In this document: positions 17,594 through 30,212 of the stretch, piece by piece | Layout: each line of letters starts with the position of its first letter | How positions within the stretch are numbered: position 1 is the first letter of the stretch | DNA from: Gammaproteobacteria bacterium | GTDB lineage: Bacteria; Pseudomonadota; Gammaproteobacteria; Eutrophobiales; Eutrophobiaceae | Assembly (NCBI GenBank): GCA_965200295.1 | Contig: OZ241347.1 | Location: 3,244,639 to 3,308,638, forward strand | Length of the DNA stretch: 64,000 nucleotides | Direction of reading: 5' to 3' | The notes under the pieces: generated by a model | Databases searched by the model: none | The model's input: only the letters and a program-made list of their open reading frames with translations | Told to the model about the DNA's origin: nothing | Position numbers and translations under genes: made by a program

Positions 17594-19183
17594 ATGAGCA
17601 GAATAACAGCCGACTGGATTGACCCGATCACGCGCAAGCGTTTGCAGCGGTTTCGCGCCTACCGGCGCGCCTATTATTCCTTGCTGATTATCGTCTTTTT
17701 GTACCTGACCAGCCTGGTGGCAGAGGTGTTCTGCAACGATCGGCCGCTGTACGTGCAGTACCAGGGCAAGTCTTATTTCCCGGTGCTGTTCTTCTACCCG
17801 GAGGATACCTTTACCGGCAACGGTCTGCTCACGCGCCCGGACTACAAGGCCATCCATGCCACGCCCGCGTTTGCGCACAACGAGGAGAATTTCATGATCT
17901 TCCCACTGCTGCCGTTCGGCCCGCAGGAGGTCATCAAGGCCGAGTCCATCCCGGTAGGCAACGAGGTGCAGATCCGGGTGCGCCGCACCCCCCGGGTGGG
18001 TTCCGTGAACATCGACGCCGACCTGAGCATCCGCCGTGAGCAGCGCGCCGCGTGGTTTTTCCCGCCGGAGTATGAAGCTGTCGTGGGGACTAACTTCGGC
18101 GCGGTGTATGTGTTGCCGGAGCCATTTCTGCAGGCCTTAGGACAGCGCTTTGATAATCTGGCGGCCGACTCATACATGCAGGTTTTCACGGACCTGCCAG
18201 CAGTGGAACTGCATCTGTCACCGTACCGACCTCGCAACCGGCGCCCGGAAACGGTGCGCATGGTGCTGCGGGAACGCGCGGCGCAGCAGCAGGAAGAAAT
18301 TTGGCTGTACACGCCTGAGGCCGGGCAGGTCAGCGCCGCGGGGGCTTTGTGGCAGGGGCTGACAGGCGCGCAGCGGGAAGACATCCGGCGGCTGGCCGGG
18401 AACCGGGTGACGGCGCCGGTCGGTGACCTGCGTCTGGAGCATGAGGGCGCGCAGTACCGCCTTAGCTTTGAGAAGGAAGATGTGCGCTTCCCGTTCCGTC
18501 CGGTGGGGCCGCACCTGTTCGGGCTGGACGACACCGGTCGGGATGTGCTGGCGCGCATCTTCTACGGCCTGCGCACCTCGCTCAACTTCGGCTTGCTGCT
18601 GGTGGTGACCTCGCTGCTCATCGGTACCGTCATCGGCGCTGTTCAGGGCTACTACGGCGGCAGGATCGACCTCACCGGCCAGCGCCTGACCGAAATCTGG
18701 GAGGCCCTGCCGTTCCTGTACGTGCTGATCCTGCTGGGTTCGGTGTATGGTCAGAGTTTCACGCTGTTGCTGCTGGTGTACGGCCTGTTCAACTGGATTG
18801 GCATCTCCTATTACATGCGCGCCGAGTTTCTGCGTCTGCGCAACCAGCAGTTTGTCGAGGCAGCCCGCTGCCTGGGGCTGCCGGACCGGAAAATCCTGTT
18901 TCGTCATATTCTGCCCAACGCGCTGGTGCCGCTGACCACCTTCTTTCCGTTCTCTCTGGTCGGCGCCATCGGCACCCTGGCGGCGCTGGACTATCTGGGC
19001 TTCGGCCTGCCACCACCCACCGCCTCCTGGGGGCAGTTGCTGGCCCAGGCGCAGGGGCAGGCGTACTGGTGGTTGATTTTGTACCCCAGTCTGGCGCTGT
19101 TCCTGGTCATCCTGCTGTGCGTGTTTGTCGGCGAGGGAGTGCGCAATGCGTTCGATCCAAAGCAGTTTACGCGGCTGGAGTGA
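17594..19183 (+). CDS. yejE: ABC transporter permease with long periplasmic N-terminal region (YejE-like)
   Basis: 529 aa. The C-terminal half has a DppC/OppC-type permease core (GLDDTGRDVLARIFYG...). Confidence 0.85.
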   Translation: MSRITADWIDPITRKRLQRFRAYRRAYYSLLIIVFLYLTSLVAEVFCNDRPLYVQYQGKSYFPVLFFYPEDTFTGNGLLTRPDYKAIHATPAFAHNEENFMIFPLLPFGPQEVIKAESIPVGNEVQIRVRRTPRVGSVNIDADLSIRREQRAAWFFPPEYEAVVGTNFGAVYVLPEPFLQALGQRFDNLAADSYMQVFTDLPAVELHLSPYRPRNRRPETVRMVLRERAAQQQEEIWLYTPEAGQVSAAGALWQGLTGAQREDIRRLAGNRVTAPVGDLRLEHEGAQYRLSFEKEDVRFPFRPVGPHLFGLDDTGRDVLARIFYGLRTSLNFGLLLVVTSLLIGTVIGAVQGYYGGRIDLTGQRLTEIWEALPFLYVLILLGSVYGQSFTLLLLVYGLFNWIGISYYMRAEFLRLRNQQFVEAARCLGLPDRKILFRHILPNALVPLTTFFPFSLVGAIGTLAALDYLGFGLPPPTASWGQLLAQAQGQAYWWLILYPSLALFLVILLCVFVGEGVRNAFDPKQFTRLE

Positions 19184-19193
19184 GGGGGGATAA

Positions 19194-21021
<1,828 letters not shown>

Positions 21022-21032
<11 letters not shown>

Positions 21033-22656
21033 CGTGTTACGTTGCGTAGTTGCGGCAGCGGCCCTGCTGCTGGCCTCGTGCAGCTTCGACTACGAAACCA
21101 ACGTGGCCAGCGGCACGCGCCAGGGCATCCTGCATATCGGCAACGGTGACGAGCCGCAGGAACTGGACCCGCATATCGTCACCGGGCATATTGAGCACAA
21201 GCTGTGTCTGGCTTTGCTGGAGGGGCTGCTGGCGCTGCACCCGCAACACCTGCAGGTCGTGCCCGGCGTGGCCCGCGCCTGGCAGGTGAGTGAGGATGGC
21301 AGAACCTATCACTTCCACCTGCGGGACGATGCCCGGTGGTCCAATGGCGACCCGGTCACGGCCGCGGACTTTGTCTATTCCTGGCGCCGGGCGCTGCTGC
21401 CGGCGCTGGGCAACAACTATGCCTACATGCTGTATTACCTGAGCAATGCCGAAGCCTTCCACCGCGGGGAGCTCACGGATTTCTCCAAGGTAGGCGTGCA
21501 GGCTTTGGACGACCTCACCCTGGAAGTCAAACTGGACAACCCGACGCCGTTCTTTCCGCACCTGCTCACGCACATGAGCTATTACCCGGTGCACCAGGCC
21601 ACTATCGAAGCCTTTGGCGCCGCGGACGCGCGCGGCACGCGCTGGACGCGTCCGGGTAACTTCGTGGGCAACGGCCCCTTCAAGTTACAGGAATGGACGC
21701 TGAACCGCCGTATCGTGGTGAAAAAAAATGAACAGTACTGGGATGCCGACACGGTGCGGCTGAACGGGATCGTATTCTACCCGGTGCAGAACGCCACCAC
21801 CGAGGAACGCATGTTTCGCGCCGGACAGTTACACATCACCGGTACCATACCTACCGACAAGATCGCACGCTATCGGCGCGAGTGGCCGCAGGTACTGAAA
21901 CTGCATCCCTTTTTCTCCACTTATTACTACCTGTTCAACACCGCCGCCGCGCCGCTGCATCAGGTGCAAGTCAGGCAGGCTTTGAGCCTGGCCATCGACC
22001 GGCAGCAGCTGACGGACAAGATCACCATGGCAGGTGAGTTGCCAGCCTACAGTTACACGCCCCCGGAGGTGAACGGCTATACGGCCGACCCGGTACTGCG
22101 CCATGACGTGCACCAGGCGCGGGCGCTGCTGGCCGCGGCCGGTTATGCCGACGGCGCCGGTTTCCCGCCGCTGGAACTGATGTACAACACTTCGGAAGGG
22201 CACCGCCGCATCGCCATTGCGGTGCAACAGATGTGGAAGACCAACCTGAATATCGACATCACGCTGGTCAACCAGGACTGGAAGGTGTATCTGGATAAAC
22301 GCGACAGTCGCGACTACCAGGTGGCGCGCGCCGGCTGGATCGGCGATTACCTGGACCCCAACACCTTCCTCGACATGTACACCTCACACAGCGGCAACAA
22401 CGATACCGGCTGGTCCAACCCGCGCTACGACGCGCTGATCGCCCAGGCCGCACAGACGACGGAGCAGCAACGCCGCTTCGCCCTGTTCCGGGCAGCGGAG
22501 AACATCCTCATGGCGGAACTGCCCATCATGCCTATTTACACCTACGTCAACAAGGCCCTGGTATCCCCGGAGGTGCGCGGCTGGCACCCGAACCTGCTGG
22601 ATATTCATCCTTATAAGTACATTTCCCTGGTGTCCTCCGCAAATGACACAGACTGA
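21022..22656 (+). CDS. Second family-5 substrate-binding lipoprotein (OppA/DppA/SapA-like)
   Basis: Lipobox LLLASC near the N-terminus and family-5 SBP-like sequence. The start overlaps the yejF stop by 11 nt. Confidence 0.85.
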
Positions 22657-22692
22657 TACAGGAAATAAGGCGTCGCCCCTTATTTAACCGAC

Positions 22693-23617
22693 ATGGTCAG
22701 TTTCATTTTCAGGCGTTTGTTGCAGGCCATCCCGGTATTATTTGCCGTTAGCCTCATCACCTTCCTGCTCATCCATGCCGCGCCCGGGGGGCCGTTTGCT
22801 GCGGAGAAGGCGGTGCCGGCGGAGATTCTGGAGCGCTTAAATGAGCGTTACAACCTGGACCAGCCCATTCACGTGCAGTTTTACGACTACCTCAGTCACG
22901 CTGTGCGCGGCGACCTGGGGCCGTCGTTCCGGTATCCGGGGCGGACGGTGAATGAAATTATCGCGGCCGGCTTTCCGGTCACGCTGGAACTGGGCTGTTA
23001 CGCCCTGCTGTTCGCCCTGCTGATCGGCATCGGCAGCGGCGTGTGCGCGGCCTTGCGACCGAACACCTGGCAGGACTACCTGCCCATGACATTTGCCACC
23101 ATAGGCTTATGCCTGCCCGCCTATGTGCTGGGGCCGTTGCTGGCGCTGGTATTCGGCATCTGGCTGGAGTGGCTGCCGGTGGCCGGCTGGGAACTGATTC
23201 CCGGGGACAAGATCCTGCCGTCTGTGACCTTAGGATCGGTGTATGCCGCTTATATCGCTCGCCTGAGCCGCGGCGGCATGCTGGAAACCCTGTCCCGGGA
23301 CTTCATCCGCACCGCCCGCGCCAAGGGCCTGCCGGAGGCCGTGATCATTACCCGCCACGCCCTGCGCGTGGGGCTGTTGCCGGTGGTGTCATTCCTGGGG
23401 CCGGCGCTGGCGGGGTTATTGAGCGGCTCATTCGTGGTGGAGACCATTTTCCAGATCCCCGGCCTGGGACGGTACTTTGTGCAAGGCGCGTTCAACCGGG
23501 ATTACACCTTGATCATGGGCACCACTTTGTTGTTTGCCGGTTTGATTATCCTGTTCAACATCATCGCCGACGTACTGTTGGCCTGGCTCGACCCCAAAGT
23601 GCGCGCCGAGACTGTCC

Positions 23618-23625
<8 letters not shown>
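22693..23625 (+). CDS. Peptide ABC transporter permease (OppB/DppB/SapB-like)
   Basis: N-terminus FIFRRLLQAIPVLFAVSLITFLLIH and the permease motif RTARAKGL. Confidence 0.9.
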
Positions 23626-24466
<841 letters not shown>

Positions 24467-24631
24467 ACCTGGGCAGCTTGTGAGTGCACTTCCGGCGACC
24501 TCATCGGTAACTTGGAATGGGGTTTTCAGAGTCGATTGTGCTATAGTCATCCTGCGTTAATCTGCATCATCTGCGGACATGTACAACTCCTGCCCTGCGT
24601 GGTATAATGCGCCGATGAACAAGGTTAAGTC

Positions 24632-25417
24632 ATGGGTTTGCTGACCGGTAAACGGGCGTTGATTGTTGGGGTTGCCAGCAATCGTTCGATTGCCTGGGGG
24701 ATTGCGCAGGCGATGCAGCGGGAAGGGGCGGAGTTGGCATTTACCTACCAGAATGACAAACTGCAGGGGCGGGTGGAGAAGTTCGCGGCGCAGACCGGTT
24801 CGGATATTGCCCTGCCTTGTGATGTGGCCGCAGAAGGCGCCATTGAGGGCATGTTTGCCCGCCTCAGTGAGCGCTGGGAGCGTCTGGACATACTGGTGCA
24901 TTCGGTTGCGTTCGCCGACCGGGAGCTGCTGGAGGGCGATTACCTGAACAGCATTACCCGCACCGGGTTTTTGCAGGCGCAGGACATCAGCGCCTACAGT
25001 TTCGCGGCGCTGGGCAAGACGGCGCGCCCGTTTATGCAGGGCGGCAACGGCGCCATGCTCACCCTGACCTATATCGGCTCGGTGCGGGCCATGCCCAATT
25101 ACAACGTGATGGGCATTGCCAAGGCCAGCCTGGAGGCCAATGTACGTTACATGGCCGCCGACCTGGGGCCGGAGGGCATTCGCGTGAATGCCATCTCGGC
25201 CGGACCTATCCGCACCCTGGCCGCCTCCGGCATCAAGGGGTTGCGCGGGTTTCTTAACCACGTGGAAAAAGTATCCCCTCTGCGCCGTAACGTTACCATC
25301 GAAGAAGTCGGTAACGTGGGTGCGTTCCTGTGTTCTGACTACGCCTCCGCCGTCACCGGCGAGATTACCTACGTTGATTGCGGTTATAACGTCGTGGGCA
25401 GCGAAGGCACGGAGTAA
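24632..25417 (+). CDS. fabI: Enoyl-[acyl-carrier-protein] reductase (NADH)
   Basis: [28 protein letters not shown]... and the Y..M..AK catalytic region ([12 protein letters not shown]). 261 aa. Confidence 0.95.
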   Translation: MGLLTGKRALIVGVASNRSIAWGIAQAMQREGAELAFTYQNDKLQGRVEKFAAQTGSDIALPCDVAAEGAIEGMFARLSERWERLDILVHSVAFADRELLEGDYLNSITRTGFLQAQDISAYSFAALGKTARPFMQGGNGAMLTLTYIGSVRAMPNYNVMGIAKASLEANVRYMAADLGPEGIRVNAISAGPIRTLAASGIKGLRGFLNHVEKVSPLRRNVTIEEVGNVGAFLCSDYASAVTGEITYVDCGYNVVGSEGTE

Positions 25418-25425
25418 ACTGCACC

Positions 25426-26637
25426 ATGCACAATAACAACTGGCTGTTATGGGCACTGCTCGCCGCCGCCATTACCGGTATCTTCTGTGGCTGGTTTTTC
25501 GGTCAATCGATGCTTGCCATTGCCTGGATGGGCGAGTTGTTCCTCGATGCCCTGAAAATGGTCATCATCCCGCTCATCGTCGCCGCCGTTATCAGCGGCA
25601 TTGCTTCCCTGGGCGGGGCTGACGGCGGCTTGAAGCGGCTCGGTGGCTTCACCGTGCTGTATTATTTCTGCACCACTGCCATCGCCGTGCTGCTGGGCCT
25701 GATTATCGTGAACATTATCCAGCCCGGCGCCGGCATCACCGAAGTAAGCCAGGTGGTTCCCGACCGGGTCAGCGGCAAGGAGGACACCGGCTTTATTGAC
25801 ATCATCCGCTCGCTGGTGGGCGACAATATCATTGCCTCGGCAGCCGAAACCAAACTGCTGGAAGTGATCGTGTTTGCCATCCTGTTTGCCGCCGCCCTGA
25901 CCACGCTCGGGGAACGCGGCAAGCCCCTGGTGGCCTTTTTCGAGGCCATGAACGACGTGATGATAAAAATCGTCGTCTGGATCATGTACTTTGCTCCCAT
26001 CGGCATCTTTGCCTTAGTCTCATCGAAGCTCGGAAGCAGCGGCGGCGGTGAACAGTTCTGGCAGGAAATCCTGGGGGTGGGCAAATACATGCTGACAGTC
26101 ATCGTCGGCCTGACGCTGCATTTTTTCGTGCTGATGACCATCCTCATTGTCGTCAGCCGGCGTGGCCGGCAGTTCATTGCCACCATGTCCAAAGCCTTGA
26201 TTACCGCGTTCGGCACCGCCAGTTCCTCAGCGACCCTGCCGCTGACCCTGGAATGTGCACAGGAAGCCGGCGTGGACAAACGCGCGGCCAAGTTCGTGCT
26301 GCCACTGGGCTCCACCGTGAATATGGACGGCACCGCCCTGTATGAGGCCGTAGCCGTGATGTTTATCGCCCAGGCCTACGGCATACACATGGCGCCTATG
26401 GACCAGGTAGTCATTTTCATCACCGCCACCCTGGCAGCCATCGGCGCCGCCGGCATCCCCGAGGCGGGCCTGGTCACCATGGTCATCGTGCTGACTGCTG
26501 TGGGCCTGCCTATGGAAGGCATTGGCCTGTTGCTGGCTGTGGACTGGTTCCTGGATCGGATCAGAACTACTGTAAACGTATGGGGCGACAGCGTGGGTTC
26601 GACGGTGATAGAGAGAATCTGCTTTAAGAGTTCCTGA
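25426..26637 (+). CDS. Dicarboxylate/amino acid:cation symporter (DAACS family)
   Basis: Polytopic protein with the hallmark motifs SSSATLP and MDGTALYEAVA and a DR.RT..NV.GD tail. Confidence 0.9.
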   Translation: MHNNNWLLWALLAAAITGIFCGWFFGQSMLAIAWMGELFLDALKMVIIPLIVAAVISGIASLGGADGGLKRLGGFTVLYYFCTTAIAVLLGLIIVNIIQPGAGITEVSQVVPDRVSGKEDTGFIDIIRSLVGDNIIASAAETKLLEVIVFAILFAAALTTLGERGKPLVAFFEAMNDVMIKIVVWIMYFAPIGIFALVSSKLGSSGGGEQFWQEILGVGKYMLTVIVGLTLHFFVLMTILIVVSRRGRQFIATMSKALITAFGTASSSATLPLTLECAQEAGVDKRAAKFVLPLGSTVNMDGTALYEAVAVMFIAQAYGIHMAPMDQVVIFITATLAAIGAAGIPEAGLVTMVIVLTAVGLPMEGIGLLLAVDWFLDRIRTTVNVWGDSVGSTVIERICFKSS

Positions 26638-26816
26638 CCCTGCCTGTCATCCCCGAGCGCATCGTCCTTGGGCGCATCGTCTCCGGGTGCGTTATTACTG
26701 AGCGCATTGTCTTTGGGCGCGCATCCTTGGGCGCGGCTTGTACGCAATAACCTGATTGTGATAGCGTATATATAACAAACTGGTTTATATTTAGTTTTTT
26801 TTACTTTTTTGTTATA

Positions 26817-26967
26817 GGGAACCTCTAAAAATGCCCTCCGTGGCATTTTTAGAGACGGAAATGAAAAAATGTGATTTTTCATTTCCTTCATTTTCAGTCA
26901 CTTACGTGACTAAAAATGGCAGCATATCCTTATGCTGCACGGCCACCTCTAATTTTTAGAGGTGGCC
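26817..26967 (+). repeat. Five-hairpin MITE-like element, copy A
   Basis: gggaacctctaaaaatgccctccgtggcatttttagagacggaaatgaaaaaatgtgatttttcatttcc...ggccacctctaatttttagaggtggcc. The termini are inverted repeats of each other. Confidence 0.85.
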
Positions 26968-27025
26968 TATAGTTATGCACGCATTTTAATACGACAATCA
27001 TCGTTATCAATCGGATTCATCAGCT

Positions 27026-27532
27026 ATGCACATTCAAACCAAATCGGGAGAAAAACTTGTCAAGGATGAGTTGGCTCTGGAAGATTCAGTCACCTACCTT
27101 ATCTTCCGCATCAATAATGTCCTGAATCACAATTTTCGCAGCGACCTGGGGCCTGTCAAGGTTTCTAATCAGGAGTGGAGTGTATTGTCCAGCCTGAAAT
27201 CACGCGGTGGCCGCAGCACCATCAGCGAATTGGCCGCCTGCACTACGATCAAACAACCCGTGATTAGCCGGATCGTCACGGAGATGCAGGAAAACGGCCT
27301 GGTGCAGAAAAACCAGAATGCAAAGGATCGGCGTATCACCCAGGTTAAACTCATGAGCAAGGGGAACAAGCTGTTCAAGGCCATCCTGCCAACTGCCGAA
27401 CGGCATCGGGATATTGCCCTGACCGGGGTCAGCGCGACAGAACTCGGCCAGGCCCGCAGGATACTGAAAAAAATACAGGCCAACCTGGGGATAAAACCCG
27501 CTACGGAACGCTTGCCCGGGATCGCAAAATAG
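27026..27532 (+). CDS. MarR family transcriptional regulator
   Basis: 168 aa. Winged-helix region SISELAACTTIKQPVISRIVTEMQENGLVQKNQNAKDRR. Confidence 0.85.
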   Translation: MHIQTKSGEKLVKDELALEDSVTYLIFRINNVLNHNFRSDLGPVKVSNQEWSVLSSLKSRGGRSTISELAACTTIKQPVISRIVTEMQENGLVQKNQNAKDRRITQVKLMSKGNKLFKAILPTAERHRDIALTGVSATELGQARRILKKIQANLGIKPATERLPGIAK

Positions 27533-27559
27533 CCGGGATTGCAAGGCCGGGGGCGGCGG

Positions 27560-29464
27560 CTAAAGCAGTTCCCGGAAGACTGTAATATCTGCTGCGGCTT
27601 TCAGATTGTCGTTGTAGGCTTCCCAAGCGGCGGTGACCTGCGCTTGCAGTAGCTGAGCGCGCACTGCATCGGACTGTTCTTCCTCCAATGTATCGGGGTC
27701 AGCCGGGGTGACCGTATGGACAATGACAACGGCATAGTCCCCCGTGCCCATGGAAGCGCCTTCGTACACCGGGCCCGAGGCATCAGGTACGCCGGCCCGA
27801 AACGCGGTGCGCAGCACGGCCCGGTTGACGCTGTCGTCGTCTTGTGTGACAGCCTGCGCCGAATTCCAGTTCAGGGCGAACTCCAGAGCCAGATCGTCTT
27901 TTGACTCACCCTGTTGCAGCCGTTCCAGCAGCGTCTCCCCCTGCGTCCGGGTCTGGTCTCTGGCCTGCTCAAACTTCAAACGCGTAATAATTTCCGCGCG
28001 CACCTCAGCAAGCGGCTTCTTGAAACTGCTCAGGCGCTCGAGCAACCGCAATACGATATAGCGGTTGTTGTCCAGTTCGATCAGTTCACTGTTACTCTCT
28101 TCCAGCAACACTTCATCACTGAATGCCGCCGCGATGACGCCCGGTTCAGAGACAATGCCAGCGCCGGGGTCGGTCCGGGTCAGGTAATCACTGGTTTGTA
28201 TTGCCAACCCCAGTTCCTCCGCCGCTACTTCCAAGGTATCGGGGTTGGCAAAAGTCAGGTCTGACAGGCGGTCGGTCAGCTCGTAGAGTTGCTGTTCGGC
28301 CTTTTCCTGACGCAAGTCCTGCTCCACCTCGTCGCGCAGATTGTCCAGGTCGGCCTGCGCGCCACCCTGGATTTCATCCACCGCCATGATATGGAAGCCC
28401 AGCGGGGACGTTATCGGCTCACTGATGGCGCCACTGTCCATGGCAAACACCACCTGTTCCACTTCCGCTTCCATGACGCCCTTGCTGAGGAAGCCAAATT
28501 CACTGAACTCGACCGCGTTCTCATAGACGCCGGATTGATTGACCACGATGCTTTCCCAATCCTCGCCAGCCCGGACCCGTGCATACAGTTCGTTGGCTTT
28601 TGCCTGCATCTGCGCGCGCAGTTCATCCGTAGGCTCCTCGGGCAGCTTGACCAGGATCTGTCTTACTTTGCGGGTTTCCTCTACTTCGTAATTTTGCCTG
28701 TTCTCGGCGAACCAGGTTTCCAGTTCACCCTCTTCTAAGTAAACTTCTTCGGCGACTTTGGCCGCGGACAATACCAGGTAGGCGATTCTGACCCGTTCCG
28801 GTTCCAGGTAACGGCCCTCCTGTTCATAATAGGCTTGAATTTGCTCATCCGTAACCGTTACGGTTTCCTTGAGCTCGTCGGAAGACAACACGGTGTAGGA
28901 GAAATCACGAGTCTGGTGCAGCAGGCCCGCATACCCCGCCACTTCGGGCTGGGTCACGAAATCCGTAGCCAGCAGCGCGGTGCGCAGTTGTTCCACCGCC
29001 ATATCCTGCTTGATCCGACCCATAAATCCGGCCGGCGTCAGACCGCTCTGGCTTGCCGCGACTTCGAACCTCATCATGTTAAAGCCGTTGTCGTCGTTGA
29101 ACACGGGTATCTGCCGGATAACTTCCCAGGCCTCAGCGTCGCCCACCAGCAGCCCTGCCTTGTCTCCGGCCTGCTGCAACAACTGCACCCGAATCAGGTC
29201 TTCGGTGACCCGTTGTTTGAGCAACGGCTCAGTCTCCTCGGTCAGCGGCGCGCCGGATGCAGCCTGCCACTGCTGGCGCATATCCTGGTATGCGCGTTGA
29301 AAGTCAGCCAGGGTAACTTCCTCGCCATTCACCTCAAGCGCGACCACCCCACCCGACTGCTCGAAGTAATAGTTGATACCCCAGAATGCGAAGGGAATGA
29401 TCAGGATAGAAAAAATAACGACCGCCACCCAGCCTTTCAACTGGTCCCTTATCGCCTGTAACAT
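27560..29464 (-). CDS. ppiD: Periplasmic chaperone / peptidyl-prolyl isomerase PpiD
   Basis: N-terminus MLQAIRDQLKGWVAVVIFSILIIPFAFWG with a parvulin-like middle segment. The ORF-track extension to 29704 runs through two tRNA genes, so the ATG at 29464 is used. Confidence 0.85.
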   Translation of the reverse strand: MLQAIRDQLKGWVAVVIFSILIIPFAFWGINYYFEQSGGVVALEVNGEEVTLADFQRAYQDMRQQWQAASGAPLTEETEPLLKQRVTEDLIRVQLLQQAGDKAGLLVGDAEAWEVIRQIPVFNDDNGFNMMRFEVAASQSGLTPAGFMGRIKQDMAVEQLRTALLATDFVTQPEVAGYAGLLHQTRDFSYTVLSSDELKETVTVTDEQIQAYYEQEGRYLEPERVRIAYLVLSAAKVAEEVYLEEGELETWFAENRQNYEVEETRKVRQILVKLPEEPTDELRAQMQAKANELYARVRAGEDWESIVVNQSGVYENAVEFSEFGFLSKGVMEAEVEQVVFAMDSGAISEPITSPLGFHIMAVDEIQGGAQADLDNLRDEVEQDLRQEKAEQQLYELTDRLSDLTFANPDTLEVAAEELGLAIQTSDYLTRTDPGAGIVSEPGVIAAAFSDEVLLEESNSELIELDNNRYIVLRLLERLSSFKKPLAEVRAEIITRLKFEQARDQTRTQGETLLERLQQGESKDDLALEFALNWNSAQAVTQDDDSVNRAVLRTAFRAGVPDASGPVYEGASMGTGDYAVVIVHTVTPADPDTLEEEQSDAVRAQLLQAQVTAAWEAYNDNLKAAADITVFRELL

Positions 29465-29526
29465 AGTGTGATCCTGATGTTTTCTATTTAGAGGCGCCCT
29501 TATGATAATGGGCGAGACCGAATGTA

Positions 29527-29604
29527 TGGCGGAGTGGACGGGACTCGAACCCGCGACCCCCGGCGTGACAGGCCGGTATTCTAACCAAACTGAACTACCA
29601 CTCC
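29527..29604 (-). tRNA. tRNA-Asp (GTC)
   Basis: The reverse complement reads GGAGTGGTAGTTCAGTTTGGTTAGAATACCGGCCTGTCACGCCGGGGGTCGCGGGTTCGAGTCCCGTCCACTCCGCCA. The anticodon loop is CTGTCAC and the sequence folds as a cloverleaf. Confidence 0.95.
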
Positions 29605-29613
29605 GTAAACCAA

Positions 29614-29689
29614 TGGTGGGTGCTGAGGGGCTTGAACCCCCGACCTCCGCCTTGTAAGGGCGGCGCTCTCCCAACTGAGCTAAGCACCC
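29614..29689 (-). tRNA. tRNA-Val (TAC)
   Basis: The reverse complement reads GGGTGCTTAGCTCAGTTGGGAGAGCGCCGCCCTTACAAGGCGGAGGTCGGGGGTTCAAGCCCCTCAGCACCCACCA. The anticodon loop is CTTACAA. Confidence 0.95.
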
Positions 29690-29693
29690 TAGT

Positions 29694-29815
29694 ACTCTTT
29701 CCATTTAATTCTGACCGGTTCAGCGGGTCGGGAAGCGGTTGCACGCAAGGCACGCCGCGCCTTGTCTTGGCGGCGCTGGTTAGCTCTGAACCGGTCAGAA
29801 TTAAATGGAAAGAGT
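29694..29815. repeat. Perfect 30-bp inverted repeat with a 62-nt spacer, abutting the tRNA-Val 5' end
   Basis: Left arm actctttccatttaattctgaccggttcag (29694-29723). Right arm ctgaaccggtcagaattaaatggaaagagt (29786-29815). There is an internal caaggc/gccttg hairpin. Confidence 0.9.
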
Positions 29816-29860
29816 ATCAGTGGCGAATTATAACAAAAAAGCGCCTGTTCGGGGAAAATT

Positions 29861-30076
29861 TTATCGTTCGGGCTGCAATACCTGCTCCGGCAGTTGCCAC
29901 CCGTACCTGCGTCTCAGCGCGGGTTGGTGCGTGGCCTCATCGAGTTTTTCCAGCGTCATGACTGCCGCGGGGAGCTCTTGGGGCGGGTGAATTATCAGCG
30001 CCCTGGCGTCGCGGCCCAGTTCCCAGCCCAGATACAGCAGGTTGGCGACCAGCAATGACAATGCTATCCATCTCAT
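29861..30076 (-). CDS. Small membrane protein resembling only the N-terminal anchor of the SPOR-domain proteins found downstream of coaX
   Basis: MRWIALSLLVANLLYLGWELG is a TM-like N-terminus. The protein is 71 aa with no SPOR domain. Confidence 0.4.
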   Translation of the reverse strand: MRWIALSLLVANLLYLGWELGRDARALIIHPPQELPAAVMTLEKLDEATHQPALRRRYGWQLPEQVLQPER

Positions 30077-30212
30077 GGGGCTATGTTACCACTTTTTCAA
30101 ACCTTAACTGCCTCTCACCCAACCTGTTTACAGGCCCGTGGCTGAATAGTGGCCAGTGCATGGCCGGCACGACGAGCGGTGGGCTTGGTCATCGTTGGCA
30201 TGAGTGGGATGC

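Noticed and set aside
24557-25456. 299-aa ORF antisense to fabI. Similar antisense ORFs: 14678-16150, 16297-17202, 18218-19549, 19266-20189, 53498-54502, 54509-55231, 55893-57005, 59313-60710, 47800-48498
   Set aside because: Each lies opposite a gene with strong, recognisable motifs. Their translations are low-complexity (Arg/Gly/His/Gln-rich) with no motifs.
26640-26735. Imperfect direct repeats gcgcatcgtccttgggcgc / gcgcattgtctttgggcgc after the DAACS gene as a regulatory repeat or small CRISPR-like feature
   Set aside because: The repeats are short, degenerate and contiguous with no spacer structure. They are probably slippage-derived low-complexity sequence, and I cannot support a function.
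29465-29704. N-terminal extension of the ppiD ORF (714-aa version)
   Set aside because: The extension is the antisense/sense read-through of the tRNA-Asp and tRNA-Val genes. The conserved PpiD N-terminus begins at the ATG at 29464.
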